Source: Treponemataceae bacterium
GTDB lineage: Bacteria > Spirochaetota > Spirochaetia > Treponematales > Rectinemataceae
Length of the DNA: 64,000 bases
Assembly (NCBI GenBank): GCA_963677895.2
Contig: CAXXGJ010000021.1
Location: 32,001-96,000 of the forward strand
Reading direction: 5' to 3'
Under the pieces are notes generated by a model. That model was given only the letters and a program-made list of their open reading frames with translations, made no database searches and was not told the DNA's origin. Shown one piece after another: positions 32,672-43,749 of the stretch. A program made the position numbers and the translations under genes. Numbering within the stretch: position 1 is the first letter of the stretch; every line of letters begins with the position of its first letter.

Positions 32672-34331
32672 ATGTCCGAGCGTTCACCTCTGCATAATGC
32701 GCGCTTTGCCTATACCCCTAAAATGCCGGAGATCTTCGCGTCCCCGGTTTCCGCGATCAAGGCCGTGCCGACGGAAATCATAGAGCCGAAATACGATAAA
32801 AAAAGCCTGCGGGAGATTTTTACCCACAGCTATGGAAAACCGGCGATAAAATTCACCTCCGGCGACAATAGGTTCGCCTCCAACCCTCTCACGGTAGGCG
32901 TCCTTCTCTCCGGCGGCCCCGCCCCGGGCGGGCACAATGTGATCGCGGGACTCTTCGACGGGCTGAAGCGCGGCTCGACGGAATCCAGGCTCATCGGTTT
33001 CAAGGGCGGTCCCGGCGGGCTCGTCGACGACAAGTTCATCGAAATCACGGCCGAACTCGTGGATTCCTACAGGAACACCGGCGGATTCGACATGGTAGGT
33101 TCCGGCAGGACGAAGATCGAGACGCCGGAACAGTTCGAAAAAGCCCTCGTCCAACGCGATGAGCCACAAGCTCGACGCCCTCGTCATCGTCGGCGGCGAC
33201 GATTCCAACACGAACGCGGCCCTCCTCGCCGAATATTTCGCCTCGCACGGGGCTTCCATCGCCGTCGTGGGCGTCCCCAAGACCATTGACGGCGATCTCA
33301 AGAACGAGTGGATCGAGGCTTCCTTCGGCTTCGACACGGCCACGAAGACCTACTCGGAACTGATCGGCAACATCTGCCGCGACGCCCCCTCGGGACGGAA
33401 GTACTGGCACTTCATCAGGGTCATGGGCCGTTCGGCTTCCCACATCGCCCTCGAGTGCGCCCTCCAGACGAGACCCAACGTGGCGCTCATCTCAGAGGAA
33501 GTGGAAGCCAGGAAGATGAGCCTCTCGCAGATCGTCGACATCATCGCCTCCTCCGTGGCGGCCAGGGCCGCCAAGGGCGAGAATTTCGGCGTCGTCATCA
33601 TCCCCGAGGGGCTCATCGAATTCGTCCCCGAGATGAAAACCTTGATCGCCGGCATCAACGAGCTGCTCGCGCACGAATCCGAGGCCTTCAAGGCCCTTCC
33701 CCTCGCTGGACGCGCAGATTGCCTTCATTTCCGAAAGACTCTCCGCCGAATCGGCGGCGCTCTTCAACTCCTTCCCCGCGACATAAGCGCCCAGCTCTGC
33801 TGGGACAGGGATCCGCACGGCAACGTGCAGGTTTCCAGGATCGAGACCGAGAAGCTTCTCGTCTCCATGGTCAGGGAAAAGCTCGCGAAACTGGCCGTAA
33901 AAGGCGACTACAAGGGCAAGTTCGACTACCAGACCCATTTCATGGGCTACGAGGGCCGCTGCGCCTTCCCCACCAACTTCGACGCCGACTACTGCTACTC
34001 GCTCGGCTTCACCGCCTATCTTCTCGCGCTCTACGGCTTCTCGGGCTACATAGCCTCCATCCGCAACCTGGCCGCGCCCGCCCGCGAATGGATTCCCGGC
34101 GGGATTCCCCTCGTTTCGATGATGAACATCGAGCACCGCCATGGAAGCGACAAACCCGTCATAAGAAAAGCGCTCGTGGAGCTGGACGGAAAACCCTTCA
34201 AGTACTTCTCCGAACGGAGGGACAAGTGGGCGCTCTCCTCGGATTACAGGCTTCCCGGAAGCATCCAGTATTTCGGGCCGCCCGCCGTCACCGACATGCC
34301 CAGCCTCATCATCCAGATAGAACGGAGTTGA
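32672..34331 (+). CDS. pfp: Pyrophosphate-dependent phosphofructokinase; frameshift at ~33150 and an apparent compensated pair at ~33710-33770
   Basis: [58 protein letters not shown]. Confidence 0.92.
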
Positions 34332-34335
34332 TCGA

Positions 34336-35011
34336 ATGAAACGAACCCCCTTCATCGTCGTTTTTCTTCTGCTCATGATCCTGTCCGCCGGCGCGCAGGA
34401 AATAATCACCGCCGAGCAGTTTTTTCTCAAAAGTATCCGACAAATATTCATCGGTCGAGGATTACGAGGCGTCCATCGCCATATCCAACGCCAGCCAGCC
34501 GATGATGGGGAAGCTGTATTTCAAGTCGCCTTCATTGCTTCGCATCGACTTCACCCAGCCTCCCGAGCAGGTTATCGTATTCGACGGGGAAAGGCTCGTC
34601 GTCTATATTCCGCAGTACAGGGCCGTGCTGCAGCAGGATACGGGCAGCGCCGGGCTGGGCGCTGGAGCGGCCGCGCTCGCGTCCAGGGAAGGGCTCTCCA
34701 TGATGAAGCGCAACTATACGATCGCCTGGGAGACTTCTTCGCAGGCGGTGGCGCTCGATCAGGAGCATCCCGAATTGGTCCACAAGATGATGCTTACGCG
34801 GAAAACCGTCGTGGAAGGATTCAAGACGATACGCATCTCCATTTCGCAGAACAGCCTCCTGATCCGCCGCATCGAGGGCTGGACGGTGGCCAACGAGAGG
34901 ATCGCTTTCGATTTCACGGCGGTAAAGCAGAATCAGAACATTCCCGCGACGAGGTTCCTTTACGACGCTCCGGCGAGCGCCAACGTATACAACAACTTTC
35001 TGTTCCAATAA
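34336..35011 (+). CDS. lolA: Outer-membrane lipoprotein carrier LolA; frameshift in a T-run at ~34425
   Basis: Signal peptide; G.LYFKSP..LRIDF..P.EQVIVFDG; C-terminal F.Y.AP..A. Confidence 0.82.
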
Positions 35012-35031
35012 CGCGAGGCGAAGAAGTCCGG

Positions 35032-36528
35032 ATGGCTAAAATAGGTTCGAAAATACAAGAGACAAGGCTCAGGAAGGGACTCACCCTTGAGCGTATCGCC
35101 GATGACACCAACATCAGCATCAGGTTCCTCTCCAAGATCGAAAACGACGACTTCAGCGGTTTCCCGGGCGAGCCTTACATCGTTGGCTTCATCCGGAATT
35201 ACGCTGAATATCTCGGGCTCGACCCCGATGTCATGATCGCCCGTTACAGAAACAAGGAAACCGATACTTCGGACCTTCCTTCTTCGGCCGCGGCGGCGGA
35301 GGCTCAGGAGCTGGGCCCGGGCGACCGCGGCGGCCCAGGCCGCTTCGGGCGGCGGAGGCTCAGGAGCTTGCCCGGGCGGCGGCGGAGGCCCAGGCTTCGG
35401 AGGCTGCGAGGGCCCAAGCGGCAGCTAAGGCGGCCGCGGAGGCCGCGACGGTCGCCCCGGAAATCGGCGAGGCCAAAAAACCCAAGAAAACCAGGAAGGC
35501 CAGACCCGTCACAGCGGCGATCGCGGACGCTACGGCGACCTCGGACACCGCGACGGTCGCCGCCACATCCGGCTCACCCGGAGAAAGCCTTGCCAGCGAA
35601 CCCCATCACGATAAAGGAAAGCATCCGATAAGCCATGCGGTGGAGATTCCGGCTGCCCTGCCGCCAGCGCTCCCTCTTCCAGCCGATGAGCAAAAATGCC
35701 TCCAAGCCGACCCTGCGGACGGTCATCGTGGCCATTCTCGCCGTTGCGATCGTCGCGGTGGCTCTGCTCTGGATCGTGGCCGGAGGCAGGACTCAGCTGG
35801 CGAAACTGGCGGTGGCCGAGAAGAAGCCGGCCGAATACAGGGTGGAAGGCAGTCCCTTCGAGATGCGCCTCTATGTGGACGACAGCCTGCTCGTTCCGGT
35901 CGGCAGCGATGTCTATAAGCTGCGCCTCGCCTCGATCGGCGAAAAAGTCACTATCGAGACGCCTTTCGGCCCCTTCGAACTGGCTCTTGGCGAAACCGGT
36001 TCTCTCGACACCGACAGCGACGGAACGGCCGAGGCCTCGGTCACCGTCGGCGATTTCGAGAAGAATCGCGCTGCTTCAGGCGCCCTCCTGAAAGTGGAAT
36101 TCGCGCCGGTCGAGCTCACGGAAGAGACGGTGGGCGAAGTCACGATACCCGAAACCCAGGCGACGGCCGCCGCTGCCGCCAACGCGGCAAGTCCCAAGAC
36201 GGATACGGTCATCATCAAGTCCACGCGGGGACCCTACCCCTTCGTCGTCCAGGCTACCTTCAGAGGGAATTGCCTTTTCCGCTATGAAGCCGACAGGAAG
36301 GAATGGGTCGAAAAGTACTTCTCCAAGGGAGAAAGCATTACCCTGAACGTGAACAACGGACTCACCGTCTGGGCGTCGAACGCCCAGGCCGTAAAGCTGA
36401 GTTTCCAAGCTTCGGGCGGCAAGACGGCCGACCTCGAAATCGGCGCCCCGGGCGAAATCGCCGTCAAGAAAATCGCCTGGACTCGTGACGGAAGCTCATG
36501 GGCCCTCATCTCATCCAATCTCGATTGA
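35032..36528 (+). CDS. rodZ: RodZ-like HTH protein with TM helix and periplasmic domain; frame disrupted in an Ala-rich linker (~35310-35640)
   Basis: IG..IQE.R..KGLTLE.IA..TNI..RFL..IE..DF..FPG..Y..GFIRNYA.YLGLD; TM helix; DUF4115-like C-terminus; lies between lolA and rimO. Confidence 0.75.
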
Positions 36529-36536
36529 GGACAAGC

Positions 36537-37943
36537 GTGAAATTTTTCATCGATCAGCACGGCTGCGCCAAGAACCAGGTGGACGGCGAGGAAATCGCCG
36601 CCCGACTGGAGGACGCCGGCTATGAATATGTATCTTCCGGAGAGGAAGCCGATCTCATCATCGTCAACACCTGCGGTTTCATCGAATCGGCCAAACGCGA
36701 GTCCATCGACGCGACGCTGGCAGTAAAAGCGCTGTGGCCGGACAAGAAAGTCCTCGTCGCGGGCTGCCTGGCCCAGCGGTATCCGGAAGCGCTCTTGGAC
36801 GATATGGCGGAGATAGACGGCATTTTCGGAAACGCCGATCTTTCCCTGGTGACGCAAGCGGTGGGAAAAACCATGGCCGGGGACCGCGAAGCCATCGTTC
36901 CCGCTCCGCCCGCGGCTATAAACGATGATTATTACATCAGGAAGAGGCTTTTCGATTTCCCCGGCGTCGCCTACGTAAAGGTGACCGAAGGCTGCAACAA
37001 CCGCTGCACCTATTGCGCGATTCCCCTCATTAGGGGAGACCTGCGCTCCAGGAACATCGCCGACGTGAAGGATGAATGCCGAAACCTCATACGAAGCGGA
37101 ATCTACGAGATCAATCTGATAGGCCAGGACCTGGGCGCCTATGGCTGGGATCTCGCCGCCAAGGAAGATAGCGGAGCCAAGACCGATCTCCCCGCCCTCC
37201 TCGCGGCCCTGAGTTCCCTGGAAGGGGATTTCCGCATCCGCGTACTCTACATTCATCCCGACCACTTCCCGAAGGAAATATTCAAGGTAATGGCGCGCGA
37301 TCCGCGCATACTGCCCTATTTCGACCTTCCTTTCCAGCACGCTTCGGAACCCATCCTCAGGGCGATGAACAGGACAGGATCGCTGCGGAAATATCTGGAT
37401 CTCGTCGCCATGATCAGAGCTTCTTTGCCAGAATCCATGATCCGCTGCACCTTCCTCGTCGGTTTTCCGGGGGAGACGGAAGAGGATTTCAAGGCGCTGC
37501 AGGCTTTCCAGTCCGAAGCGAGACTGGACTGGATGGGCGTCTTCACCTATTCCCGAGAGGAAGGCACCCCGGCGTATTCGATGAAAGGTCGCGTCTCCAA
37601 GAAAATCGCCGCCGAACGAAAAAAGCTGGTCGAATCGGCCCAGGAAATCATCACCCCCGAACGCCTGCGCCGCTTTATGGGCAGCGAGGTCGAAGTAATA
37701 GCCGAAGAGTCGGTGGAAGGTTCGGAACTCAGCCTCTGCAGGGCATGGATGCAGGCCCCCGAAGTGGACGGCCTCACCGTGGTCAAGGGCGTCTTGGCGC
37801 CCGGCCAGAGGGCGCGGGTCAAGATCGTCGCCGTGAATGGGGTCGATTTCGAGGCCGAACTCGTGGGATGGGCGCGGCCGGCAGGGCCAGAAGGACCGGC
37901 GGTCTCGGCAGGGCCGGCCGCGCCCATCGGAGCCGACGACTGA
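36537..37943 (+). CDS. rimO: Ribosomal protein S12 methylthiotransferase RimO
   Basis: GCAKNQVD.E, NTCGFIE.AK.ES, GCL, EGCNNRCTYCAIP..RG, APEVDG; GTG start. Confidence 0.95.
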   Translation: MKFFIDQHGCAKNQVDGEEIAARLEDAGYEYVSSGEEADLIIVNTCGFIESAKRESIDATLAVKALWPDKKVLVAGCLAQRYPEALLDDMAEIDGIFGNADLSLVTQAVGKTMAGDREAIVPAPPAAINDDYYIRKRLFDFPGVAYVKVTEGCNNRCTYCAIPLIRGDLRSRNIADVKDECRNLIRSGIYEINLIGQDLGAYGWDLAAKEDSGAKTDLPALLAALSSLEGDFRIRVLYIHPDHFPKEIFKVMARDPRILPYFDLPFQHASEPILRAMNRTGSLRKYLDLVAMIRASLPESMIRCTFLVGFPGETEEDFKALQAFQSEARLDWMGVFTYSREEGTPAYSMKGRVSKKIAAERKKLVESAQEIITPERLRRFMGSEVEVIAEESVEGSELSLCRAWMQAPEVDGLTVVKGVLAPGQRARVKIVAVNGVDFEAELVGWARPAGPEGPAVSAGPAAPIGADD

Positions 37944-40306
37944 TGCCCGCCGAGCGGCCGCTGCCTCCCTACCTGGCTTCGCTCAACCCGGAGCAGCTGG
38001 AGGCTGTCCTCCACGAAGGTTCTCCGCTTCTCATTCTGGCCGGCGCCGGCACGGGTAAAACCAGGGTGATAACGACGAAAATAGCCTATCTCGTGAAGGA
38101 AAAGGCCGTCCCGCCCGAATCCATCCTCGCCGTCACCTTCACGAACAAGGCCGCCCGCGAAATGAGGGAGAGGGCGGCCATGCTCGAACCCCGCTGCGAG
38201 CGGGCCGTCATCCGCACCTTCCACTCCTTCGGCGCCTGGTTCCTGCGGAGGAACGCCGCGGCGGTAGGGCTGGATTCGAACTTCGTCATCTACGACGACG
38301 GAGATTCCTCCGAACTGATCCACGCGGCCCTGCCGCAGCTTGCCAGGCAGGAATGCAAGCGATATGGCTCCCTTATAGCGCGCGCCAAGGACTACAACCT
38401 CGAGCCCGATTCGCCCAACCTCAATGTCTCCCTGCGCGACGAGGACTTCAGGAGAATCTACGCGCTCTACGCGGAAAGGCTGAAAGCCACGGGCAACGTG
38501 GATTTCGGCGATCTCATCAGACTGCCGACGAAAATCCTGGCCGAGGACGAGGCGATCGCGAGGCGCACAAGGCAGCGATTCAGCGTGATACTCGTCGACG
38601 AGTACCAGGACGCCAACACGGCGCAGTTTCTCCTTCTCCAGGGACTCGTCGGTCCGGACACGTACATCTGCGTGGTGGGCGACGACGATCAGTCGATCTA
38701 CAAATTCCGGGGCGCCGAGATCAAGAATATCCTCGGTTTCTCCAAAATATTTCCGGGCACGAAGACGATAAAGCTGGAGCGCAATTACCGTTCCTACCAG
38801 ACTATTCTCGATATAGCGGGCAACGTGGTTTCGCATAATTCAGGGAGGCTCGGAAAGACGCTGCGGGCTACCAAGCCGGGAGGCGCCAAGCCTCAGCTCG
38901 CCCTCCTCGACGACCAGGACCAGGAAGTGGAATTCTGCGCGAGAATCGTCCGGGACCACCAGAAGAAGGGCGGCAGTCTTTCGGACATAGCGATCCTCTA
39001 CAGGACGAACGCCCAATCCCTCGCCTTCGAGAAGGAATTCCCGCGCAAGGGAATATCCTACCAGCTCGTCGGCGCCCTGCGCTTCTACGATCGAGAGGAA
39101 GTGAAGGACGTGCTCGCCTATCTTTCGCTGATCCTCAATCCGCGCGATGAAATCGCCTTCAGGAGAGTGGTCAACAAGCCCGCTAGGGGGCTGGGCGACA
39201 CCAGCGTCGATGCCATTCTGGACAACGCCATGCGCCGCGGCGCCTCGGTGCTCGATTCCTGCAGGGACTGCAGGGAGTCCATGCGCGGCAAGGGAAAAAC
39301 CGGCCTGGACCAGTTCCTCGCCATCATGGATCACGCGAGAAGCCTGCTGGGAGACCGCGGGACATCCGAATCGCGCTCCTCCCAAGCGGGCGACGCGGAC
39401 ATAAACGACGGACCCTACTCTCTCTCGGATGGAGGCAGGGCCAATCCTGATTCCGGGTCTTCGTCCTTAGGTCTCCTCCTCGAAGCCCTCATCAAGGAGA
39501 GCGGCCTGGCCGGCTACCACAAGGACCAGGATGAGATCGCGGGCACCCAGAAACTCGCCAACATGGAAGAACTCGTCAACGCTTCTTCGATTTATCCCTT
39601 GGTGAGAGAGGGCCTGGCCGAATTTCTCGAGACGATAGAGCTGGACAGGGGTTTTCAGGCGGGCGACCAGTCCGAGGCGAAGGAAGCGGTGACGCTCATC
39701 ACCATGCACAATACAAAGGGACTCGAATTTCCGATCGTCATCGTGACCGGCCTGGAACAGGGACTCTTCCCCCGCGACGATGAGGAAGGCGAGGATCTCG
39801 AGGAGCAGAGACGCCTGTTCTATGTCGCCCTCACGCGGGCCAAGAACAGTCTCTATCTTTCCGCCTGCCGCTGGCGCCGCATGAGAGGGAGGCTCTTCGA
39901 GACTTCCCCCTCGCGCTTCCTGACCGAAATGGATCCGAAGATGTACGAATTCTGGAAGAGCGGAGCGAGCGCTTCGCGCCCCATGGCGGCTCATTTCCCG
40001 CATTCCCAGCCATCTTCCGGATCGCCCGGGACAGGTTCCCATGTGGCGTCCCGATCGGGAACGAATCCCATGGCAGGATCATACGGCGGGCAAAGTCCCA
40101 GGAATGGTACGCAGGATGCCGCTCCGGCCGGTTCGGAATGGAAACAGGGACAATCCGTCTACCACGACGAGTACGGGCAAGGCGCCATCATCAAGGTGAG
40201 CATGACCGAGAGTTCAGGTTCCCTCGTCATCGTGCAGTTCGAATCGGGCAAAATCGCGCAGTTCTTCCCCAAATACACGAGAAAACTCGAGAGGATAAAG
40301 GAATGA
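37943..40306 (+). CDS. uvrD: UvrD/PcrA superfamily-1 DNA helicase
   Basis: LNPEQ, AGAGTGKT, TFTNKAA.EM, VDEYQD, GDDDQSIYKFRGA, NYRS, KGLEF, YVALTRA; tudor-like C-terminus. Confidence 0.93.
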   Translation: MPAERPLPPYLASLNPEQLEAVLHEGSPLLILAGAGTGKTRVITTKIAYLVKEKAVPPESILAVTFTNKAAREMRERAAMLEPRCERAVIRTFHSFGAWFLRRNAAAVGLDSNFVIYDDGDSSELIHAALPQLARQECKRYGSLIARAKDYNLEPDSPNLNVSLRDEDFRRIYALYAERLKATGNVDFGDLIRLPTKILAEDEAIARRTRQRFSVILVDEYQDANTAQFLLLQGLVGPDTYICVVGDDDQSIYKFRGAEIKNILGFSKIFPGTKTIKLERNYRSYQTILDIAGNVVSHNSGRLGKTLRATKPGGAKPQLALLDDQDQEVEFCARIVRDHQKKGGSLSDIAILYRTNAQSLAFEKEFPRKGISYQLVGALRFYDREEVKDVLAYLSLILNPRDEIAFRRVVNKPARGLGDTSVDAILDNAMRRGASVLDSCRDCRESMRGKGKTGLDQFLAIMDHARSLLGDRGTSESRSSQAGDADINDGPYSLSDGGRANPDSGSSSLGLLLEALIKESGLAGYHKDQDEIAGTQKLANMEELVNASSIYPLVREGLAEFLETIELDRGFQAGDQSEAKEAVTLITMHNTKGLEFPIVIVTGLEQGLFPRDDEEGEDLEEQRRLFYVALTRAKNSLYLSACRWRRMRGRLFETSPSRFLTEMDPKMYEFWKSGASASRPMAAHFPHSQPSSGSPGTGSHVASRSGTNPMAGSYGGQSPRNGTQDAAPAGSEWKQGQSVYHDEYGQGAIIKVSMTESSGSLVIVQFESGKIAQFFPKYTRKLERIKE

Positions 40307-41169
40307 TGCAGCAGCTTTCTCGCGAGGCCCTCGGTCTCCTCGAAACCCTTCCAGTAGTGAGAAGGGCGCGCGGATGGAGACTTTACGGCGCCGACAATTC
40401 CAGGATCCTGGACATGTACCTCGACGGCGGAAGATCCGTGACGGGCAGGCGCAACGGCGCGTCGGGCAGGCTGGAAAAGGAATGCATAGACAGAGGCCTC
40501 GATTCATCCTTTCCAGCTTTCTGGAAACGGCGCCTTGAAAAGGAAATTCTCGCCTGGCTGCCAGACTATACCCGGGTTCGTTTCTATGCCTCCGAGACCG
40601 AGGCGCTTCTGGCGCTCGCCGATAAGGACGCCGAATTCGCGCAAAGACTGCGCGCCGGCGATTCATTCCCCGACGCATTGAGGTTTTTCGCTAAAAGCGT
40701 TTTCGTGGAAGCGCCCTTTTCGGAATACAGAACCGACCTCGCGAAAGATCCCGCTACCCGCGCTTTCGGCGGAAAACTTGCGGCGGTTATCCTGCCCCTC
40801 GCTCCCGCATGGAGCCTGGGCGTCATCCTCGAAAAAGAAGAAAGCGAAGATTGGGGAGACCGCGCTGCCGCAGCCCCCATCCCGACGATCAAGTTCGCGG
40901 CGGCGGCCAGATCGCTCTCGGATTTTAAGGCCTTCGCCAAGGATTTCGGGGAAAAGCAATGGGCAGCCATCGATCCCTTCATCACAGGGCTCTTTCTCCG
41001 CTCGGGACCTTGGCTCTACCCCGCCTATCCCAGGGAAGAACATGGCCAGATCTTTGCCGCCTGCCTGAAAAACAACATCCTGATCTCCCCCGATTACGAC
41101 CTGCCTTCGCTGGTTCCGGGAGAATTCGACGCGGGAGAAGTATCGCCGCTTAAGTCTATCCGGCCATAG
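40303..41169 (+). CDS. Hypothetical protein with a degenerate PLP-aminotransferase-like N-terminus
   Basis: ATGA overlap with uvrD; VRRARGWRLY..D..RILD...GG...G resembles the class-III aminotransferase N-terminus. Confidence 0.65.
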   Translation: MMQQLSREALGLLETLPVVRRARGWRLYGADNSRILDMYLDGGRSVTGRRNGASGRLEKECIDRGLDSSFPAFWKRRLEKEILAWLPDYTRVRFYASETEALLALADKDAEFAQRLRAGDSFPDALRFFAKSVFVEAPFSEYRTDLAKDPATRAFGGKLAAVILPLAPAWSLGVILEKEESEDWGDRAAAAPIPTIKFAAAARSLSDFKAFAKDFGEKQWAAIDPFITGLFLRSGPWLYPAYPREEHGQIFAACLKNNILISPDYDLPSLVPGEFDAGEVSPLKSIRP

Positions 41170-41173
41170 GAAG

Positions 41174-42145
41174 TCAAGCGCGCCTGAGAGAGAACAGGCG
41201 AAGCGTCACGACGCCCCCGATTATGAAAAGCCCGCCCCAGATTCTGTTCGCCGTCAGTTTTTCCCCGAGAATCAACGCCGAAAGCAGCACGGTCATCACC
41301 GGTTCCACCGTGCTGATGAGCGAGGCGTTGGTCGCGCCTATTCTTTTCATGGAGGAAAACAGGGAGGTGATGGGCAGGACCGTGGCCACGAGGGCTATGC
41401 ACGCGATAAAGCCCCACTCCATCGCGGTACCGGGAACCTTGACGGGGAGTCCTACGACGAAAAGCAAGGCCCAGTAGAATATCCCCGCCATCGTCATGAT
41501 GACAGCCGTCGAGAAGAAGGGATCGAAACCCGCGAGGATCTTTTCGCCGCTGACGAGATAGACGCCATAGCTTATGGCCACCAGGACGCCGAGAAGCAGG
41601 CCGGCCATGGGATACTCGCCGGGTTCGAAAAATGTCACGACACAGCCAAGAAAACTTATGGTCAGGGCTATCAATTGCCCTGGCGTCGGCTTTCTGCGGA
41701 GGAAAAAAGCCGAGAGAAGAAGCACGAAGGCGGGGTAAAGATAGAGAAGCAGGCTCGTTATGCCGGGAGCGAGCAGCTTGACCGTCAGGAAATAGAGCCC
41801 GGCCTGTGGCGTGAAACCGAACAAGGCCAGAAGAAGCAGATTGCGGAAGGCCCTGGATTTCCCCCCCGCTGACAGGCTGTCCGTATCTTCATGGGAGGCT
41901 TTTTCGGAACTCCTTTTCGAACCCATCCCCTTCCGGCCCATCCACTTCCGGATCCCTAGAAAGCACCATAGAAACGCGGAGGCGACGGTGAAGCGCCACG
42001 CGAGCGTCTGCGGCACCGAAAAGCCATATCCGTAGAGGTTGGTTGCGAAGATGCCGAGAGTGGAAAAGCCTATGGCCGACACCAGGGCGAGGGCCATGCC
42101 CGCGCCCGACAGTCCCACCGGCTTTGCGGCCATTTTTTCGTTCAT
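41174..42145 (-). CDS. DMT/EamA family transporter
   Basis: About 10 TM segments; LAWRF, LLLYLYP.FV, EPV...LLS...LGE. Confidence 0.9.
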   Translation of the reverse strand: MNEKMAAKPVGLSGAGMALALVSAIGFSTLGIFATNLYGYGFSVPQTLAWRFTVASAFLWCFLGIRKWMGRKGMGSKRSSEKASHEDTDSLSAGGKSRAFRNLLLLALFGFTPQAGLYFLTVKLLAPGITSLLLYLYPAFVLLLSAFFLRRKPTPGQLIALTISFLGCVVTFFEPGEYPMAGLLLGVLVAISYGVYLVSGEKILAGFDPFFSTAVIMTMAGIFYWALLFVVGLPVKVPGTAMEWGFIACIALVATVLPITSLFSSMKRIGATNASLISTVEPVMTVLLSALILGEKLTANRIWGGLFIIGGVVTLRLFSLRRA

Positions 42146-42173
42146 GCAGCGTTCCTTGAGAGCCGATCGGGGC

Positions 42174-43700
42174 TTAGGCTTTGGCTTCTGTATCGAAAAT
42201 CGCCTTGCCCGGAGCGAATGCCGATGTATCGATGCTCGCCCGGAGCTTTTCGACCTCCGCCTGCGTTCTCGCTATCTCACGGTACGCATAGCCGCCCTCC
42301 GATGGCTCGGCGCCCGACCAGGCCGCCAGCCGCTTCGCGATCTTTTCGGCCGCGCGGACATCGGAGGGTCTGGCTTCGTCCAATGGAGGGGTGACGCTTT
42401 CCGGCTTGAAGATATCGCGCGCTGACAGGATGTTCCTGTACACGACGCGTCTCAGGTTTTCGAACTTGATCTTCTCGTCCTCGGCTTTCTGCTTGATCGA
42501 GCGGATGACCGGAATGCCGAAAAACATTCCCGAAAAAATCAGGGGAATGACGCCGAGGCCCCAAAAAAGCCCCGGTATGGGATTGGTAGAACCCAGAAGC
42601 TGAAAAAGGTAACCCGCCGCGGAATAGACGATGGGGAAACCGCCCCGCAGGGCATATCCCTGGGGAGTATTCACATAGATGGCGGTGCCGATCGTGAGCG
42701 CGTTGTAGAGGAAATAGCCGCCGAAGGCCAGGTTGAAGATATTGATGAGTCTGAAGGTCCTGTCCGCCTTGGGAGCGTTGGACGAGAATTTATTGAGCCG
42801 CTTGAGGGCCACCGTCGAGCCCATGATTTCGGGCGTCGTGCCGACGCGCGCAAGCAGCTTCGGAAAATTGAAGTACAGTACGCCCGATTCGGAAACCTCG
42901 GGGCTGCCTTCGAACTCGAGAAGGTATCTATTGATGGCGAGTTCCGCGTCCACGGGATCCATGCCGGAGATGGCCATGAATTCAGCCATCGTAATGACGC
43001 CCTTGTGCGTCTGGAGAAAGGCCACGACGGCTTTCTTCTCCACTTCAGGCCATTTGGCGTTGGGATCGCCATCGCCGAAGACATGCGAAAAAATAGCCTT
43101 GGGCAGAGGCCTGCGCTCGCGCCTTTCCATGAACTGCCTGTTGCGCGTCTCAGGGCTCTTGAACAGTTCGGAATAGAACCAGATGCGGATAAAGCTGTCG
43201 AAAAGACTCGTGGTGAGCCACAATCCTCCGAGACCGCCGCCTCTCCTGTTGCTGCTGCGGCTGTCGCGGTTTCCTCCGCCCTGCTGCACCGCTACCGACG
43301 CCACCATGGCGAAAAGCGCCAAGGCTATGAAGAGGACGAAATAGCCGACGAGCATGACCATGATCCAGACCTTGAATACCGCTTTCGCGACTTCCACCGC
43401 GCCCTTTTTAACCAGGCGAAGGATACGCTTCAGCGACGGACCGAAACCTCTGTAGCGGCTTTTCATTCCATCGGGAAAGGAGTAGAGGATATCGCCCTTC
43501 TCCGTGACCCTTAGCCTGGCGCCGAATTCGTCGGCCACGGCGGGGAGTTCAGCCTCTATCTGCTGCAGCGGCAAACCCGTGAGCCCGGCGAGATCGGCCA
43601 CCGTGGATTCGCGTCCCGTCGCCCTGAAACCCCCGAGCAGTTTTCCCCTGACGAGTTCCCTATCGTAATCGTATACTTTCCTGCTTTCTTCTTTAGCCAC
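42174..43700 (-). CDS. Conserved hypothetical membrane protein resembling the At5g03900/cyanobacterial family
   Basis: TVAD.A...GL, L.V...GDI.Y.FP, TM helix, Gly/Ser-rich loop, FS.VFGDGDPN, F.G.PEVS..G..YF.FP.L. Confidence 0.7.
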   Translation of the reverse strand: MAKEESRKVYDYDRELVRGKLLGGFRATGRESTVADLAGLTGLPLQQIEAELPAVADEFGARLRVTEKGDILYSFPDGMKSRYRGFGPSLKRILRLVKKGAVEVAKAVFKVWIMVMLVGYFVLFIALALFAMVASVAVQQGGGNRDSRSSNRRGGGLGGLWLTTSLFDSFIRIWFYSELFKSPETRNRQFMERRERRPLPKAIFSHVFGDGDPNAKWPEVEKKAVVAFLQTHKGVITMAEFMAISGMDPVDAELAINRYLLEFEGSPEVSESGVLYFNFPKLLARVGTTPEIMGSTVALKRLNKFSSNAPKADRTFRLINIFNLAFGGYFLYNALTIGTAIYVNTPQGYALRGGFPIVYSAAGYLFQLLGSTNPIPGLFWGLGVIPLIFSGMFFGIPVIRSIKQKAEDEKIKFENLRRVVYRNILSARDIFKPESVTPPLDEARPSDVRAAEKIAKRLAAWSGAEPSEGGYAYREIARTQAEVEKLRASIDTSAFAPGKAIFDTEAKA

Positions 43701-43749
43701 TCACTCCACCCTTTTGCGTCGACAAATATTGAGAATTCCGGAATGTTCC

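Noticed and set aside
32672..35640. Programmed frameshifting or pseudogenes in pfp, lolA and rodZ
   Set aside because: Single-base indels, often in short homopolymers or GC-rich repeats, in normally important genes with intact motifs; most simply long-read consensus errors
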